From: Chrysomallon squamiferum
Taxonomy: Eukaryota > Animalia > Mollusca
Assembly (NCBI GenBank): GCA_012295275.1
Contig: CM022667.1
Coordinates: forward strand, 434,001 to 498,000
Direction of reading: 5' to 3'
Length of the DNA: 64,000 nt
Of this stretch, positions 13,105-24,502 are shown in pieces (positions within the stretch are counted from its first letter, which is position 1; each line of letters starts with the position of its first letter). Below the pieces are notes generated by a model. It searched no databases. It saw only the letters and a program-made list of their open reading frames with translations, and was not told the origin of the DNA. The translations under genes were made by a program, and so were the position numbers.

Positions 13105-14596
13105 TGCATGGGTGAATATATGTTTTATGTTTGTGTATATGTGTGAATTTGTTTATCTGTGTATGTTGCATGTTTATGCATTTGTGCCTTTAGTAGTGTG
13201 TGTGAATGTCTGTTTTGTGTCTGTGTGTTTGTGTTTTGTTGTCTATTGTGTGTGTGCTTTAGTGTGTGTACATTTGTATGTGTATATCTGAGTATGTGTA
13301 AATGTGAGATGTGTTTGTGTGTGTGTGTGTGTGCAGGAGTGCATTTTTATCACACATGTATTTAAAGGTATGACATATTAGAATTATGTGTTATTAAATA
13401 TGTAAACTTGTCATATGTTGTTATTCTTATGTTGTATAAGTTTGTGTATATATATCACGTAATTATGAAATTAAAAAGCTGTTTATATTTAAATAAATAA
13501 ATAAGCACTGCATAAAATCTGTATGGAAGCTTCATTATAAAGAAACTTAAATGATTAATAAATATTCAGTTTATTAATACTGTAGAGTTTCACTGTCATC
13601 ATACCTGTTGCCTTGTGACTCACACTGTCAGTAGAATGTTTCAACTTTCTGAAAACAAAAAAACAATTAAAAATTTATACAAATATTTGTGCACTTTAAT
13701 ATAATTAGTGAATGATACAAGCTTATACAGAATGTATAACATAATAATGGATATAAATAAATAAATACTGTATTAATCCAACAATGTATTAGTGATACAA
13801 TGTAATACTTTATACAATAAGTGTACATAATCAGTCTGTTATACAGTGTAATAGTTTGTACACTATAATGGACATAAATAAATATTGTTATAATAACATA
13901 TTAGTACATTTATATAATCAATGAGTGATAGAGTGTAATTCTTTGTTCAGAATGTAGTACAATAATGGATATAAATAAACAAATACAGTTGTAATAAACT
14001 AAGGTTGTGCCTGCTAACAAAACTTACTCTCTTTTCTCTGAATGGACTGGCAAACCAATTAGTTTCGGTGGCTGCACAAATATCTTCTTATAATTCTTCA
14101 TAAAAAGCTCATGAGCTTCTGGTGAAGTTTCTGGATTTTCACTGTCAAAGTAATGTTTATAACAATGTCAGACATGATTATTTAACCATTTAAGGAACAA
14201 AGAAAACTTAGGTTACAACATATTCAATTTTCTTTTAAATAAATTATTAAAAAAAAAAGATATATTTTTTAAAATTTACACTAACTGTTACAGTGAAAAC
14301 AATTTTAATTTAGCTGATCATAGGATATGATTTATAAATTTAACACATAACATATGAAGGGCATGTGATAAAGAAAAAACAGATTTGTTAAAAATCGTAA
14401 TAGAAAAATACTAACTGGTTTCTCAGTCCATCAATGGTACACAGCCAGGCAAGTTTCTGATAATCAATGGTCGGAACATCCTTGATTTTAGGAACTAGAA
14501 AATATAAAATCTATAATAAATTAAATATAATATTATTATTATTATTACTATTACTATTACTATTACTATTACTATTACTATTACTATTACTATTAC

Positions 14597-14644
<48 letters not shown>

Positions 14645-14756
14645 TTGTATGGTTTGGGAGCCTCTCTCTCAATCTTTTTTCTTCTCTCTCTCTCTCTCTT
14701 CTTGTGTTCCAATTTAAGCTTCTCTATCTAAGTATATATGTGTGGGTGTCTGCCTA

Positions 14757-14788
<32 letters not shown>

Positions 14789-14831
14789 CACATATATATT
14801 AAAATGTGTGTGTCTCTCTCGATATATATGA

Positions 14832-14881
<50 letters not shown>

Positions 14882-15502
14882 ACATGTTTATGTGTGTGCA
14901 TGTTTATAAACATATATTATGACAAGTTTCAGGATTGTTTTTCAGTTGTGGATGACACATAGACACTTTGTCATTACAGCTCTGACTAGTTTCCTGTAAA
15001 TTTCTTCTTTTAAAGCATCTATCATTATAATCATACATATTTTGTTAAATCTCTTGAGCATCTGCTGTCTTCTCCTGCACCTATAACATCAGTTTCAGTG
15101 GTCACATTATTTCAAGTTATATCAAAATCTCCATAGTGCCATATTATATTTTTATCAGGCCAGAACAATGGCTGGGTACTGTTTACTTCTATTGTGGTCT
15201 AATTGTTGCTGTTAAATGGAAGTTAAAAACCATCTCAACAGTCAGCAAACTCAATATTAAATGTCGTCTTTATTTTATTGATATTTTTCTTATGCATTTG
15301 GTAATAGATGTAAAATTAAAATACAGGCAGGACAAAATATCAGGGTAAATTTTAAAAATAATAATACCCCCCCCCCAAAACTAAAAAAAAAACAAAAATA
15401 AAACAGAAACAAAGAATCAAAGAAAAAGAAAGGAAAACATAAAATAAAATAAAAATAAATAAATAAATAAATTAAAATAATAATAGCAATAATGATAATA
15501 AC

Positions 15503-15539
<37 letters not shown>

Positions 15540-16311
15540 TAAAAATATAAATTAATTCATTAATTAACAGAATTTAATTTTTTTTTATTAAACAATGAAT
15601 AATAAATAAAAAAATATAAATATATGAATAAACAAATAATATTAACATAAATAAATATTTCTGAACAAAACACACTCACTTCTGAAAGCTATCATGTGGA
15701 GCTATGTATGGAGTAAAGTGTAAGAAAACAGAAGATATTTTCAACATTCATTTAGCTTCTACTATTTATTTCATCACCATTTTTCACTGAATGCGAAAAA
15801 AACAACCATTCTCCTCTCCTATTTCATTTGATTAACCCATAGTTTACTTTTATATATTTTTCTTTGATGTTCCTATCAGCTCATTAAATTCGTCACTGAA
15901 AATGAATTTTTGTAAAAACAATATTTAACTATGTAATGTTCACAACAACAATAATAATAGTAGTAGTAGTAGTAATAATAATAATATAGCAGTAATATTA
16001 ATATTAAATACTATATCTTCTTCATATTAATATTAATAATAATAATAAAAACAACAATTTCAGATGCATCGATACGGCAGTAAAATTATTACTGCATTGC
16101 TGATCAATATTTAATATCTGTGCACGCATTTGTAATTGTATTTACTAAATTAGTCAGTAATGCTGAATAATACTATCGATACATACAACCATGTTACCAT
16201 GCAATATTAATTTTTATTTTACGGTATTTTTATTTACGTACGCTTAAATCGAGTGCTTTTAGAACCGGTAATATCCCATGAGTATGTTTTTTCTTTTTTC
16301 ACCAACGCCAT
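6176..16311 (-). CDS. CNBD1: CNBD1-like cyclic-nucleotide-binding domain protein, spliced gene of about 500 aa (14 exon positions; exon 8 disrupted in this sequence)
   Basis: Manually spliced GT-AG exons keep phase throughout except across exon 8. Peptides resemble vertebrate CNBD1 as I recall it, with no alignment run: IDYQKLAWLC~INYGQLNALC, AHELFMKNYKKIF~AHDTFMKQYPKVF, FMILKG~YVILKG, VVMGKLKTSDSFAEISVL~VYMGKLKEKESFGEISVL. Confidence 0.85.
6448..6633. repeat. Dispersed repeat of about 185 bp, copy 1 (copy 2 at 9931-10104)
   Basis: Both copies share ATATTAAAGAT...GTAAAACCTTTTGTG...GGGATTATTAAATGT...ACTGCAAATGGTG...CTTGGCAATG...AAGGTCAAAATG. Confidence 0.85.
6712..6779 (-). CDS. CNBD1: CNBD1 exon 13 (ELDDVTIQLFKQSNTKTWGNLTK)
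   Basis: TTTTTACAG acceptor, AAG|GTAATA donor, 68 nt, phase 1 to 0. Confidence 0.85.
7267..7417 (-). CDS. CNBD1: CNBD1 exon 12 (ERKTKQVVMGKLKTSDSFAEISVLQDEPILCSIVTATDIELGVIKPEKIK)
   Basis: ATACAG acceptor, G|GTATGA donor, 151 nt; phosphate-binding-cassette region. Confidence 0.9.
9007..9116 (-). CDS. CNBD1: CNBD1 exon 11 (VVASEGYKAPFIAFIKSGECHVLRQLEVMHTLPSGKK)
   Basis: GGTTTCAG acceptor, AAG|GTAAAT donor, 110 nt; EG...FIKSG motif of the second CNB domain. Confidence 0.9.
9085..9575. repeat. Degenerate tandem duplication, period about 150 bp, spanning the exon 11 acceptor
   Basis: CTGAAACC and variants at 9117, 9267, 9413 and 9563 with shared flanks. Confidence 0.75.
9645..9777 (-). CDS. 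CNBD1: CNBD1 exon 10 (QIQQREQTEKLNLVLSGEQYSMWPRQPVMQVANLIEWIEYPPNT)
   Basis: CTTTCCAG acceptor, G|GTGAGC donor, 133 nt, phase 0 to 1. Confidence 0.88.
9931..10104. repeat. Dispersed repeat of about 185 bp, copy 2
   Basis: Collinear, same-orientation match to 6448-6633. Confidence 0.85.
10378..10456 (-). CDS. CNBD1: CNBD1 exon 9 (LFSVKTQEPNCEFLKISTSDYSRVIE)
   Basis: TTTGTTTCAG acceptor, GAG|GTATCA donor, phase 2 to 0; resembles MFSVVTEDDCEILKI. Confidence 0.85.
10611..10774 (-). pseudogene. CNBD1: Disrupted CNBD1 exon 8 remnant
   Basis: TCTAATCCAG acceptor and CAG|GTATAA donor give the required phase 0 to 2 (164 nt), and the 3' end reads KQEPTSR into exon 9. The VGECFGKL motif is in another frame, and the spliced frame carries TGA, TAG and TAA. 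Confidence 0.55.
10880..11190. repeat. AT-rich minisatellite, unit about 22 bp
   Basis: Unit approximately TATAATAAGTTTAAATCTAGAT, more than 10 copies. Confidence 0.9.
11269..11426 (-). CDS. CNBD1: CNBD1 exon 7 (VFGNNALFMILKGSVQPL...PTSAFGN)
   Basis: TTTTTAG acceptor, GTACGT donor, 158 nt, phase 1 to 0; ILKG beta-strand motif of CNB domains. Confidence 0.82.
12090..12235 (-). CDS. CNBD1: CNBD1 exon 6 (YPFERTPSENDKMFSILKNFPFFAHIPENVLKELCVVAQLEIWNDNNFT)
   Basis: TTTTCCAG acceptor, G|GTACTC donor, 146 nt. Helical lead-in typical of a cNMP-binding domain. Confidence 0.88.
12792..12969 (-). CDS. CNBD1: CNBD1 exon 5 (GPTHKVDG...FIKTLRKLLRK)
   Basis: TTTGTCAG acceptor, weak TA|GTAAAA donor, 178 nt, phase 1 to 2; lies within ORF 12791..13030. 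Confidence 0.8.
13605..13648 (-). CDS. CNBD1: CNBD1 exon 4 (EKLKHSTDSVSHKAT)
   Basis: TTTTGTTTTCAG acceptor, G|GTATGA donor, 44 nt. Supplies the phase 2 to 1 bridge needed between exons 3 and 5. Confidence 0.75.
13700..13985. repeat. Degenerate tandem repeat, period about 100-120 bp
   Basis: ATAATGGAYATAAATAA at about 13744, 13865 and 13962; GTGATACA-like motifs recur. Confidence 0.55.
14028..14141 (-). CDS. CNBD1: CNBD1 exon 3 (HENPETSPEAHELFMKNYKKIFVQPPKLIGLPVHSEKR)
   Basis: TTTGACAG acceptor, GTAAGT donor, 114 nt, phase 2 to 2. Confidence 0.85.
14416..14494 (-). CDS. CNBD1: CNBD1 exon 2 (LPKIKDVPTIDYQKLAWLCTIDGLRN)
   Basis: TTTTCTAG acceptor, GTTAGT donor, 79 nt, phase 1 to 2; resembles the CNBD1 N-terminal motif. 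Confidence 0.8.
14531..14640. repeat. (TTA/CTA)n microsatellite
   Basis: Direct inspection. Confidence 0.95.
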
Positions 16312-16730
16312 GTTAAATATTTTTTTTGTGCAGCCTTAACTCCAGTTACAACTGTTTCTTATCGAGCACATACAAACTGTATCGTTCCTTTGGCGGCCAT
16401 GTTGTTTATACTGGTGACCAAGCTGACGAACTCGCGCAATATCTCGCACCCGAACGGGACCTTGACATTCGCCCCCAAAACGAAAGTAATGAAGAAGAAG
16501 AAATCGATCACTACTTGTATTTAGGCGTGGATTATACAGAATAACTTTTGCTGAGTAATAATTGATTTCTCCATTATTTTCCTATTTATACGCTTGCTGA
16601 TGATAAAAGAAAATAATCACAAAGGATTTTAACTGCGCGAGTAATCGATAGCAAGTGACGCTTGTTTATCGTTTGATTTTCTGATTAAATAATTGTATTT
16701 GCCAGCGCGCTTTTTCTCTTCCGTATGTAT
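16060..16730. promoter_or_regulatory. CNBD1 promoter / CpG-enriched region
   Basis: Sharp local CpG enrichment; two YY1-like AACATGGC motifs on the minus strand (about 16311 and 16400); DRE-like TATCGATA near 16174; X-box-like GTTACCATGCAAT at 16193-16205. Confidence 0.6.
16242..16311 (-). CDS. CNBD1: CNBD1 exon 1 (MALVKKEKTYSWDITGSKSTRFK, phase 1)
   Basis: AACATGGCG start context inside a CpG-enriched region; donor C|GTACGT; phase 1 matches exon 2. No homology support. Confidence 0.6.
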
Positions 16731-17368
16731 CTGTATGTGTGCGCATGTAGATGTATGATCTAGTATGTTATTATGGAATGTGTACGCATACTGTTACTAT
16801 GCGTGCCGATGTAGCTGCATACTGCTATAAACAATGTGGATATAAAAACATAGCGAACACCCATACATACATATATACATAATATCAAAAAATATATATG
16901 TATGTATGTATGTATGTATATACACACACACACTCACACACACAGACATATATAATATACGGATTCAAAAATACAGACGTTCGCTTACTAGTATACAAAT
17001 ATACATGCACAGATACGTATATATACACTAGTACGTTTATACGCATAATACTGAAAGACAAGATTACATACACACATACAAATATTAGTTATCGTACCTT
17101 CAGAAGCTGCTCATACAGTTTATACTTCGAATCAAGCATTTTTGTCAATCATTATATTTACTCTATAGTAAGTTCTGAAATTTACGAAAAAAAAATGGAA
17201 AAGAAAAGATGACGACAGTGATGACAAATAACAGTTAATGCTGAAATACTTCATTGCTGTGGTAATTATGAAATTTACTTAACGCAGTAATGAAACTCTT
17301 TCTCTTTTCCTTTTGTCTCTTTCTCAACAACAACAATAGTAATAATATTAATAACAGTAAATGTAAAA

Positions 17369-17416
<48 letters not shown>

Positions 17417-17579
17417 TAGTTAATTAATTAATTAATCATACCTTTTCTTAATCTGATATGTTTACATATCATATTTGAGATCATTGGCAGCCTTCCATTT
17501 GTCTTTAAATACTAAATCTTTTTCATAACGATCTAAACTCCGGCTGAATAATTCCATTTTAAGTGAAAATGTAATTTAT

Positions 17580-17755
17580 TCAATGACGCAAGTTAATTAT
17601 TACAGTGTAATCATGAAAACTCATTATTGGCTTAAGTATGACCTCAGTTATGCATTACGTCATAGACTTTCAAGCATGATAATGTAATCTAATTATGACA
17701 TCATAGACATATGACGTAACACACCAGGTGAAATTTCTGTTAATTACGTAAGCGC
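17580..17755. promoter_or_regulatory. Cluster of bZIP (CRE / D-box-like) sites, candidate enhancer
   Basis: TGACGCAA 17584, TGACCTCA 17639, TTACGTCA 17655, TGACATCA 17696, TGACGTAA 17712, TTACGTAA 17744. Confidence 0.5.
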
Positions 17756-19153
17756 AACTGTGTTCTCGAAATTGTGGGGAGGAATAATAAAAATTTATTT
17801 TTTGAAGACTGAAATAATTGTGCAGGTTTCTGTCAAGATTACTGAGAAGAAGCTATTAAAGACTGTTTAATTAATTTTTGTTTTCTTACACAAAACATTC
17901 TATATTTATTCGTTTGTTCTGTTTTTCTTCTTCTTTTTTTCTCTCTCAAATACTTCTCTTTCCTGGAAATTTTTAAATTTAATTATATTTTTATTTTTAT
18001 GCGCTTGTGTATATATATATATATCATTTATTTATTTATAAATTATGTCATTCAACCTCCATTGCTATTATTATTCATTGTCGTGACGTATTGCTATAGC
18101 TAACAGCTGATTTATCTTTCACGAATCTATATTTTGGATGTAATTATTTGTCTAATTACACAAATTAACACGTGAAATATTGTCTATTCTTGACTGGTAC
18201 TTTATTTTTCAGTCTTTTCAAAATTCGTAGTTGTTTTACCGAAACGGAAATGACGTTATACTAGTAAAAGTCATTGTGTAAGGGACTACAGTATGGCTAA
18301 AAACAGCAACAACAAATGAAAGCTTGGAACTACTTGAATCAGGCAGTAATGAATGATAACACTTGCTAGATGAGGGACATTTTTTAATTACATATTTATA
18401 AACTACATAATTTCTAAATATATTTGCAAGTTCGTGGTATGTGTGTCTGTGTCTGTGCTTGTGTTATATATATTTTACAATATTTTTTACTCAAGATCGT
18501 ATACATATATACACATATATATATATATATATGTATATGTATATGCATGGGTATATATGTATGTATGTATGTATGTATGTGTACATTATATTGAGCAAAA
18601 CATACTCTAAAATAAATCACACTAACATTTTGATAAGGTATAGAACACAATCCAAAGGTAGCTACTGATCACTGACATTGGAGAAACTTACAAAACAAAG
18701 AAGACTAACTGCCAAGATGTCAGGTGTCAAGAAAGATACATCACACAAAAGCACAAACAGACAAACAGACAATTTTTCAAAACAAATATATGTCATGTGA
18801 TACCTACCCACACCTGGTTTTTTTTACACCTGTCAGTTATGAGTGAGTGATTTGTACTCAAGTTTCGTTAAACAAACTCCTAATTAACACATTTTCTGTA
18901 ACGTTAATTAATGAATGGCTAAGGTATTCCTAACAATATCTTTCACCTGTTTGTGTTAAATTACGTTTAGATCAGAACATGGAATATTTGGGAAGTAAGT
19001 TAGATATTTTATTATTCTAGGTAATACATAATGTTTTGTTAAACAGAATAATTTGTATACATATTCAGACATACACACACACATCCTTCCTCTAGTTATA
19101 AAATATATACGTGTATGTATGTATGTGTAAATGTATGTATGTATGCATGTATG

Positions 19154-19230
<77 letters not shown>

Positions 19231-19599
19231 TTATATTTTACTTTTTAAAATTATTATTGTTTTCATTGTTTTGCTAAATTTTTAAAGTTTTTAACTTATT
19301 ATTATTATTATTATTAATATTTAAATAAATTTAAATAAATTTAAATAATATTCTTAATCGTGTTACTTCAGTAGTTAATAAAATATTGATTTTTTTTTTT
19401 TTATCAAGTCATTTGATTATATTTTGTTTTATTTTTGGTGTCATTAAATATTAATTCTTTCCTTTATTCATTTAATTTCTCATTATGATATTTTTAATTT
19501 CTTGCTCTCTTTGTGTGTGTGTGTGTGTGTATGTGTTTTAAAGTGCAGGTATGTTTTTATGTTTTTTGTATTTATAATTCACATAATCATAAAATTTCT

Positions 19600-20750
19600 G
19601 TAGTATATTTGCAATTTATCCAAAATTCTGCATTATAATTTATAGGAATTTCAACATAACAATTTACACCAATACCAACAATAGAAACAAATGTTATTTT
19701 TTTGCAAAACAACACACTGTTGTACAATGTAATGAAATATTTACATTGTATTATAATTTACATCAATATCAATGATACATAGAAAAATGTGATTTTATTA
19801 CAAAGAGCCATACGTTTATACAATGTAATCAAATCTTTACACTCATAGAATTTACATCAAATTTCAACATTGTAATATACATAAACACTTCTATACAGAC
19901 AAATGTAATTTTATTACAAAGAGCCACACAGTTCTGCAATGTAATAAAATTCAGTACTGTATTATAATTTACATCAATTCTACATTATAATTCACATCAA
20001 AATTCTAGACAATAATTTACATAAATCCAATTTAATGACAAATATGATTCTATTACCCAAAAAAAAAGCCCACACATACAAAACAGTTTATCATAATTAT
20101 CATACAATTTCTACATTTAAATTATAATTTACATCAATTTCGATACCATTTAATTTACATGACATTCTGTATAACAATTTACAACACACAGAAAATGTGA
20201 TTTTTATTACAAAGGACCACAGTCGTACAATGTAATCAAAATTTTACTTTGTATTATTATTCTAATACAGTTTTTACAGTGTATTTAGAATTTACATCAA
20301 ATTCTGTACAATTCAGTTTACATAACATTCTGTATAACAATCTACACCAATAACAAAACACAGACAAACATGATTTTTATTACAAAGGACCAGACAGTTG
20401 TACAATGTAATCAAAATTTTACAAAATTATAATTTTATACAATTTCTACACTGTATTTAGAATTTACATCAAATTGTATACAATGCAATTCACATAACAT
20501 TCTGTATAACAATTTACATAACATTCTTTAAAAAAATGTACAACAAACAGACAAATGTGATTTTTATTACAAAGAAACTAGTCATACAATGCATTGAACA
20601 TTTTACTTCATATTATAAATTTTCATCAAATTCTATACAACTGCAATTTACGTAACATTCCTCATAACAATTTACACCAATAAGAAAACACAGACAAATG
20701 TGATTTTTATTACAAAGGACCACGCAGTCCTACAATGTAATCAAATCTAT
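19600..20750. repeat. Degenerate tandem repeat, variable period of roughly 120-180 bp
   Basis: AATGTGATTTTTATTACAAAG...TACAATGTAATCAAA...AATTTACATCAA recurs about seven times. Confidence 0.85.
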
Positions 20751-21659
20751 CTAAAGTGTTATTCATCACATTGAGTCTGTCAGAGCCTGCAGGAAGATTT
20801 CTTATTGAAGAGACAGCCATATTAGCTGGGATGTGATTACAGGTTTAGGAAGCCATGGACATAATCTCAGTAACAGCTGCAGGCTACGACAAGTTATAAT
20901 TGGAAATGGTTTAAATGCAGAATGTCATAACAGGTCACACAAAATGACCGTTATTAAAGGGACGCTGTCGTGACTTTTGAAATTATTGTTTCTGTAATTT
21001 CATTTGTTAAAGGGACGGTATTGTGTTTTCAATTATTATTTCTGTTTGTTTTTTTATAGTATAAATATGTGTGTGTGTGTGTGTGTGTGTGTGATATTGT
21101 AATTTTATATCTTAAAAGGAAAAATATAATATTTTTCATTGTTATTTCTCTTTATTTTTTAAAAGATTGAAACAATCATAATATTTTTTTTTTTTATAAA
21201 GTTTCTTTTTCTTTCCTATGGTTTATGCAATGTCTTCTTAATGTATATTTATTTATCTGTTTATTTGCTTATTTATTATTGTTATTATTAGTTGTTGTTT
21301 TTGTTATAGTCTTTTTTGGAAAAAATCATTCTATTATTTTTATTTAAAATTTGTCTTCAAAAAAGGTTATGGAGATCTATAAAGAAAATATATTAAAAAA
21401 AATTAAAAAAATTTTCATACTGAACACAAAATAATGTAACTTCCTAACAACTGGAAACTGAATGAGGTTTTTCTTCTTTTGCCAAATCCCAGCTAATATC
21501 TAATTCAGAATTCATCTTCACAGATCCAGTCAGGAATATTTGACAAAAGATGGTATACCTCTTATACTTCATACTACCCCATTACATCCACTTCTTCATT
21601 ACCACAGACTAAATGTAAATCTGAAGTTTCATATTTGTTTACACAAACACGATAGTTAA

Positions 21660-22100
21660 CACCTTCAAATCCCAACCCAAGCTCACAGCCCACACATTCC
21701 CCTGAATTCCCCACACCTTCCCCTGAATTCCCCACACCTTCCCCTGAATTCCCCACCTTCCCAACCCCCTTCAGAAACGTTACAGCAGATGTTCACTGCT
21801 CCTTCATCATCACAAACCAGTTCTTTCATGTATGTTTACACAAACAAGCTATTTCACACCTTCAAATCCCATCCCAAATTCCCCCTACAATCCCATTCCT
21901 GACTTCCAAATCCCACACCAAACTTTCAAATCCCACAGCACTCTTCACAATCCCATACCATGGACCTAAATCAACTTTCAAATCCCATCCCAAATTCCCA
22001 CAATCCCATAACCAAACTCCCACATTTAAATGCCGGACTTCCAAATCCCATACACCTACACCATATCCCGAAATCCCATTACCAAACTCCGAAATCCCAG
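21660..22100. repeat. C-rich minisatellite region
   Basis: 21-bp unit TTCCCCTGAATTCCCCACACC x3 at about 21698-21757, plus many AAATCCCA motifs. Confidence 0.75.
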
Positions 22101-22476
22101 CCCATACGTGTCCTCCGATTCTGAGTTTCTTGCGATGAGATGAAAAATCAGATAAACTGAATCAATACGTGTGTCGTAAACTTGTGATTCTTCTTGTTGC
22201 GCTTAATTGAATCTGCAAGGGAAGTTATTAATTTACTTGGTTCTTTCATTGTCACAACTGTGCTGTGTCCAGAATGATTCCTTGTCAGTTGCACTGCTAC
22301 TGCTAGGAGAGGCTGACCAGTAATAAAACATGTTGCATGATGGGAAGGAAACAATTTGATGAAATAGAATAAGATTATAGATTATAGAGTGCATGTGTAT
22401 ATATGTTAACAAACAAACACACACACACACACACACAAACAAATATGTATAAACATATATACACAATACATACATA

Positions 22477-22535
<59 letters not shown>

Positions 22536-22793
22536 TTACCAATTAAATTACTTATGTATTTACAGTTGACAATGAAATTAATCAGTTGACAACAATAATC
22601 AGTAAAATAGGAAAAAAAAAAAATATATATATGTATGTATACCATGCTATAGCATGTCACATGCAAAACACATTCATAAACACAAACATAAACTTAGACA
22701 TACAGACATGCACCAAATTAATATTAACCAGTTGTATATTTGTGTTTGCCAAATCCTAATAGTTTGAGCATAAATATATTTTTTAAAAGCATA

Positions 22794-22827
<34 letters not shown>

Positions 22828-22970
22828 CAATAACAATAATAATAATAATAACTAAAAATAACTACTACTAATAATAAGAACAATAACAATAACAGTAATA
22901 TTAATAATAATAATAATATAAATAATAATAATAATCCCAATAATAACAATAACAATAATAATAACAACAG

Positions 22971-23001
<31 letters not shown>

Positions 23002-23444
23002 ATTACTATTACTACTCAAATAATAAAAATAATAATAGATAAAACGTGTGATAAAAACACAAACAAAAAAATCCCACACTAACAAATAAGGATTACAATA
23101 AAGAAATACAGTAGTAATAATTTTAAAAAGGTTATTAACACATTGTTCAATATTTGAACAAATAAAAAGATTAAAGCATTGATTGAGATTAGAGCTGGAA
23201 ACAGCTGGCTTTTCAAAATAGAACAGCAGAAAAGAAATACATTAAAAATATATAAAAAAAATAATAATAATAAAACATAATTAGAAACAGGAGGAAAAAC
23301 AACAACAACAACAGCAGCTATCCCTGAAAACTCAGTTCATACGTTTAAAAGCTCAAAGTTTTTAAATACCTCACAGTTTCTGTCTTTTTAATCTATCTTT
23401 TTATCTGTCTATCTGTAATACATTTTAATTTTTGATAAATAAGA

Positions 23445-23458
23445 TATATATATGTATG

Positions 23459-23510
<52 letters not shown>

Positions 23511-23512
23511 TG

Positions 23513-23582
<70 letters not shown>

Positions 23583-23600
23583 AAATATATATACCTACAC

Positions 23601-23665
<65 letters not shown>

Positions 23666-23755
23666 TGTATAAACATATACATAGGTACATACATAGATAT
23701 ACATATACATATACATATATACATATCCAAATATATATATATATATTTGTATATG

Positions 23756-23808
<53 letters not shown>

Positions 23809-23858
23809 GTATAGATATATATATTTCACACACACCTGTAACACACACACCTGTAACA

Positions 23859-23923
<65 letters not shown>

Positions 23924-23930
23924 TATACCC
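23445..23930. repeat. Compound (AT)n/(ATGT)n/(CA)n microsatellite
   Basis: Direct inspection; source of the YI/HT/CV ORFs. Confidence 0.95.
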
Positions 23931-24189
23931 ACAACACAAAACCAACGGCAAATGAAGCAGTTCTGTTAATCACACACGTAAATCTTGTCTACGTATTGAA
24001 CTGTGGAAATCTATAGTTGTAGGAAAACAACACAAAGCTGCTGTTTGGAACACGCATCACAGAGACCACTCTGATATCATCTGCGTAAACAGTTACCAAC
24101 AAAAACACCACCTCACACAAACACAGTTGATTGATAAAAAAATCTGGTCGACTTGCGGAGAAGACCATAAACTCTTCATTCTCGGGGCT

Positions 24190-24400
24190 CAGCTGATTGT
24201 CATCAGCACTACAGTCAGATCAGCCATGTTTATTGATATATTATCATCATCATCAACATCGTCGTCTGCATGCTATAACATCAACAGCCGCACTGTCCTC
24301 TTCTTTGCCAGAGGAGACATTCCCGTTGCCGTGGAAACGAAACCTTTGTTTTCAGCTGGTTTTGCGAGCGTGTCGTATATTCAATTGATTTTTCTATATT

Positions 24401-24441
<41 letters not shown>

Positions 24442-24502
24442 TGCTTTTTCCTGTAACCATGACATCATAAACGACAACTAAATCACATATATACGTGACA
24501 AG
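24190..24502 (+). other. Probable promoter and non-coding first exon of the plus-strand gene
   Basis: CpG-enriched island at about 24.0-24.8 kb; donor CAAG|GTAAAG at 24502/24503; the plus strand turns T-rich downstream. The 5' boundary is approximate. Confidence 0.4.

Noticed and set aside
16326-16544. 72-aa plus-strand ORF
   Set aside because: Non-ATG start; explained by the higher GC content of the CNBD1 promoter.
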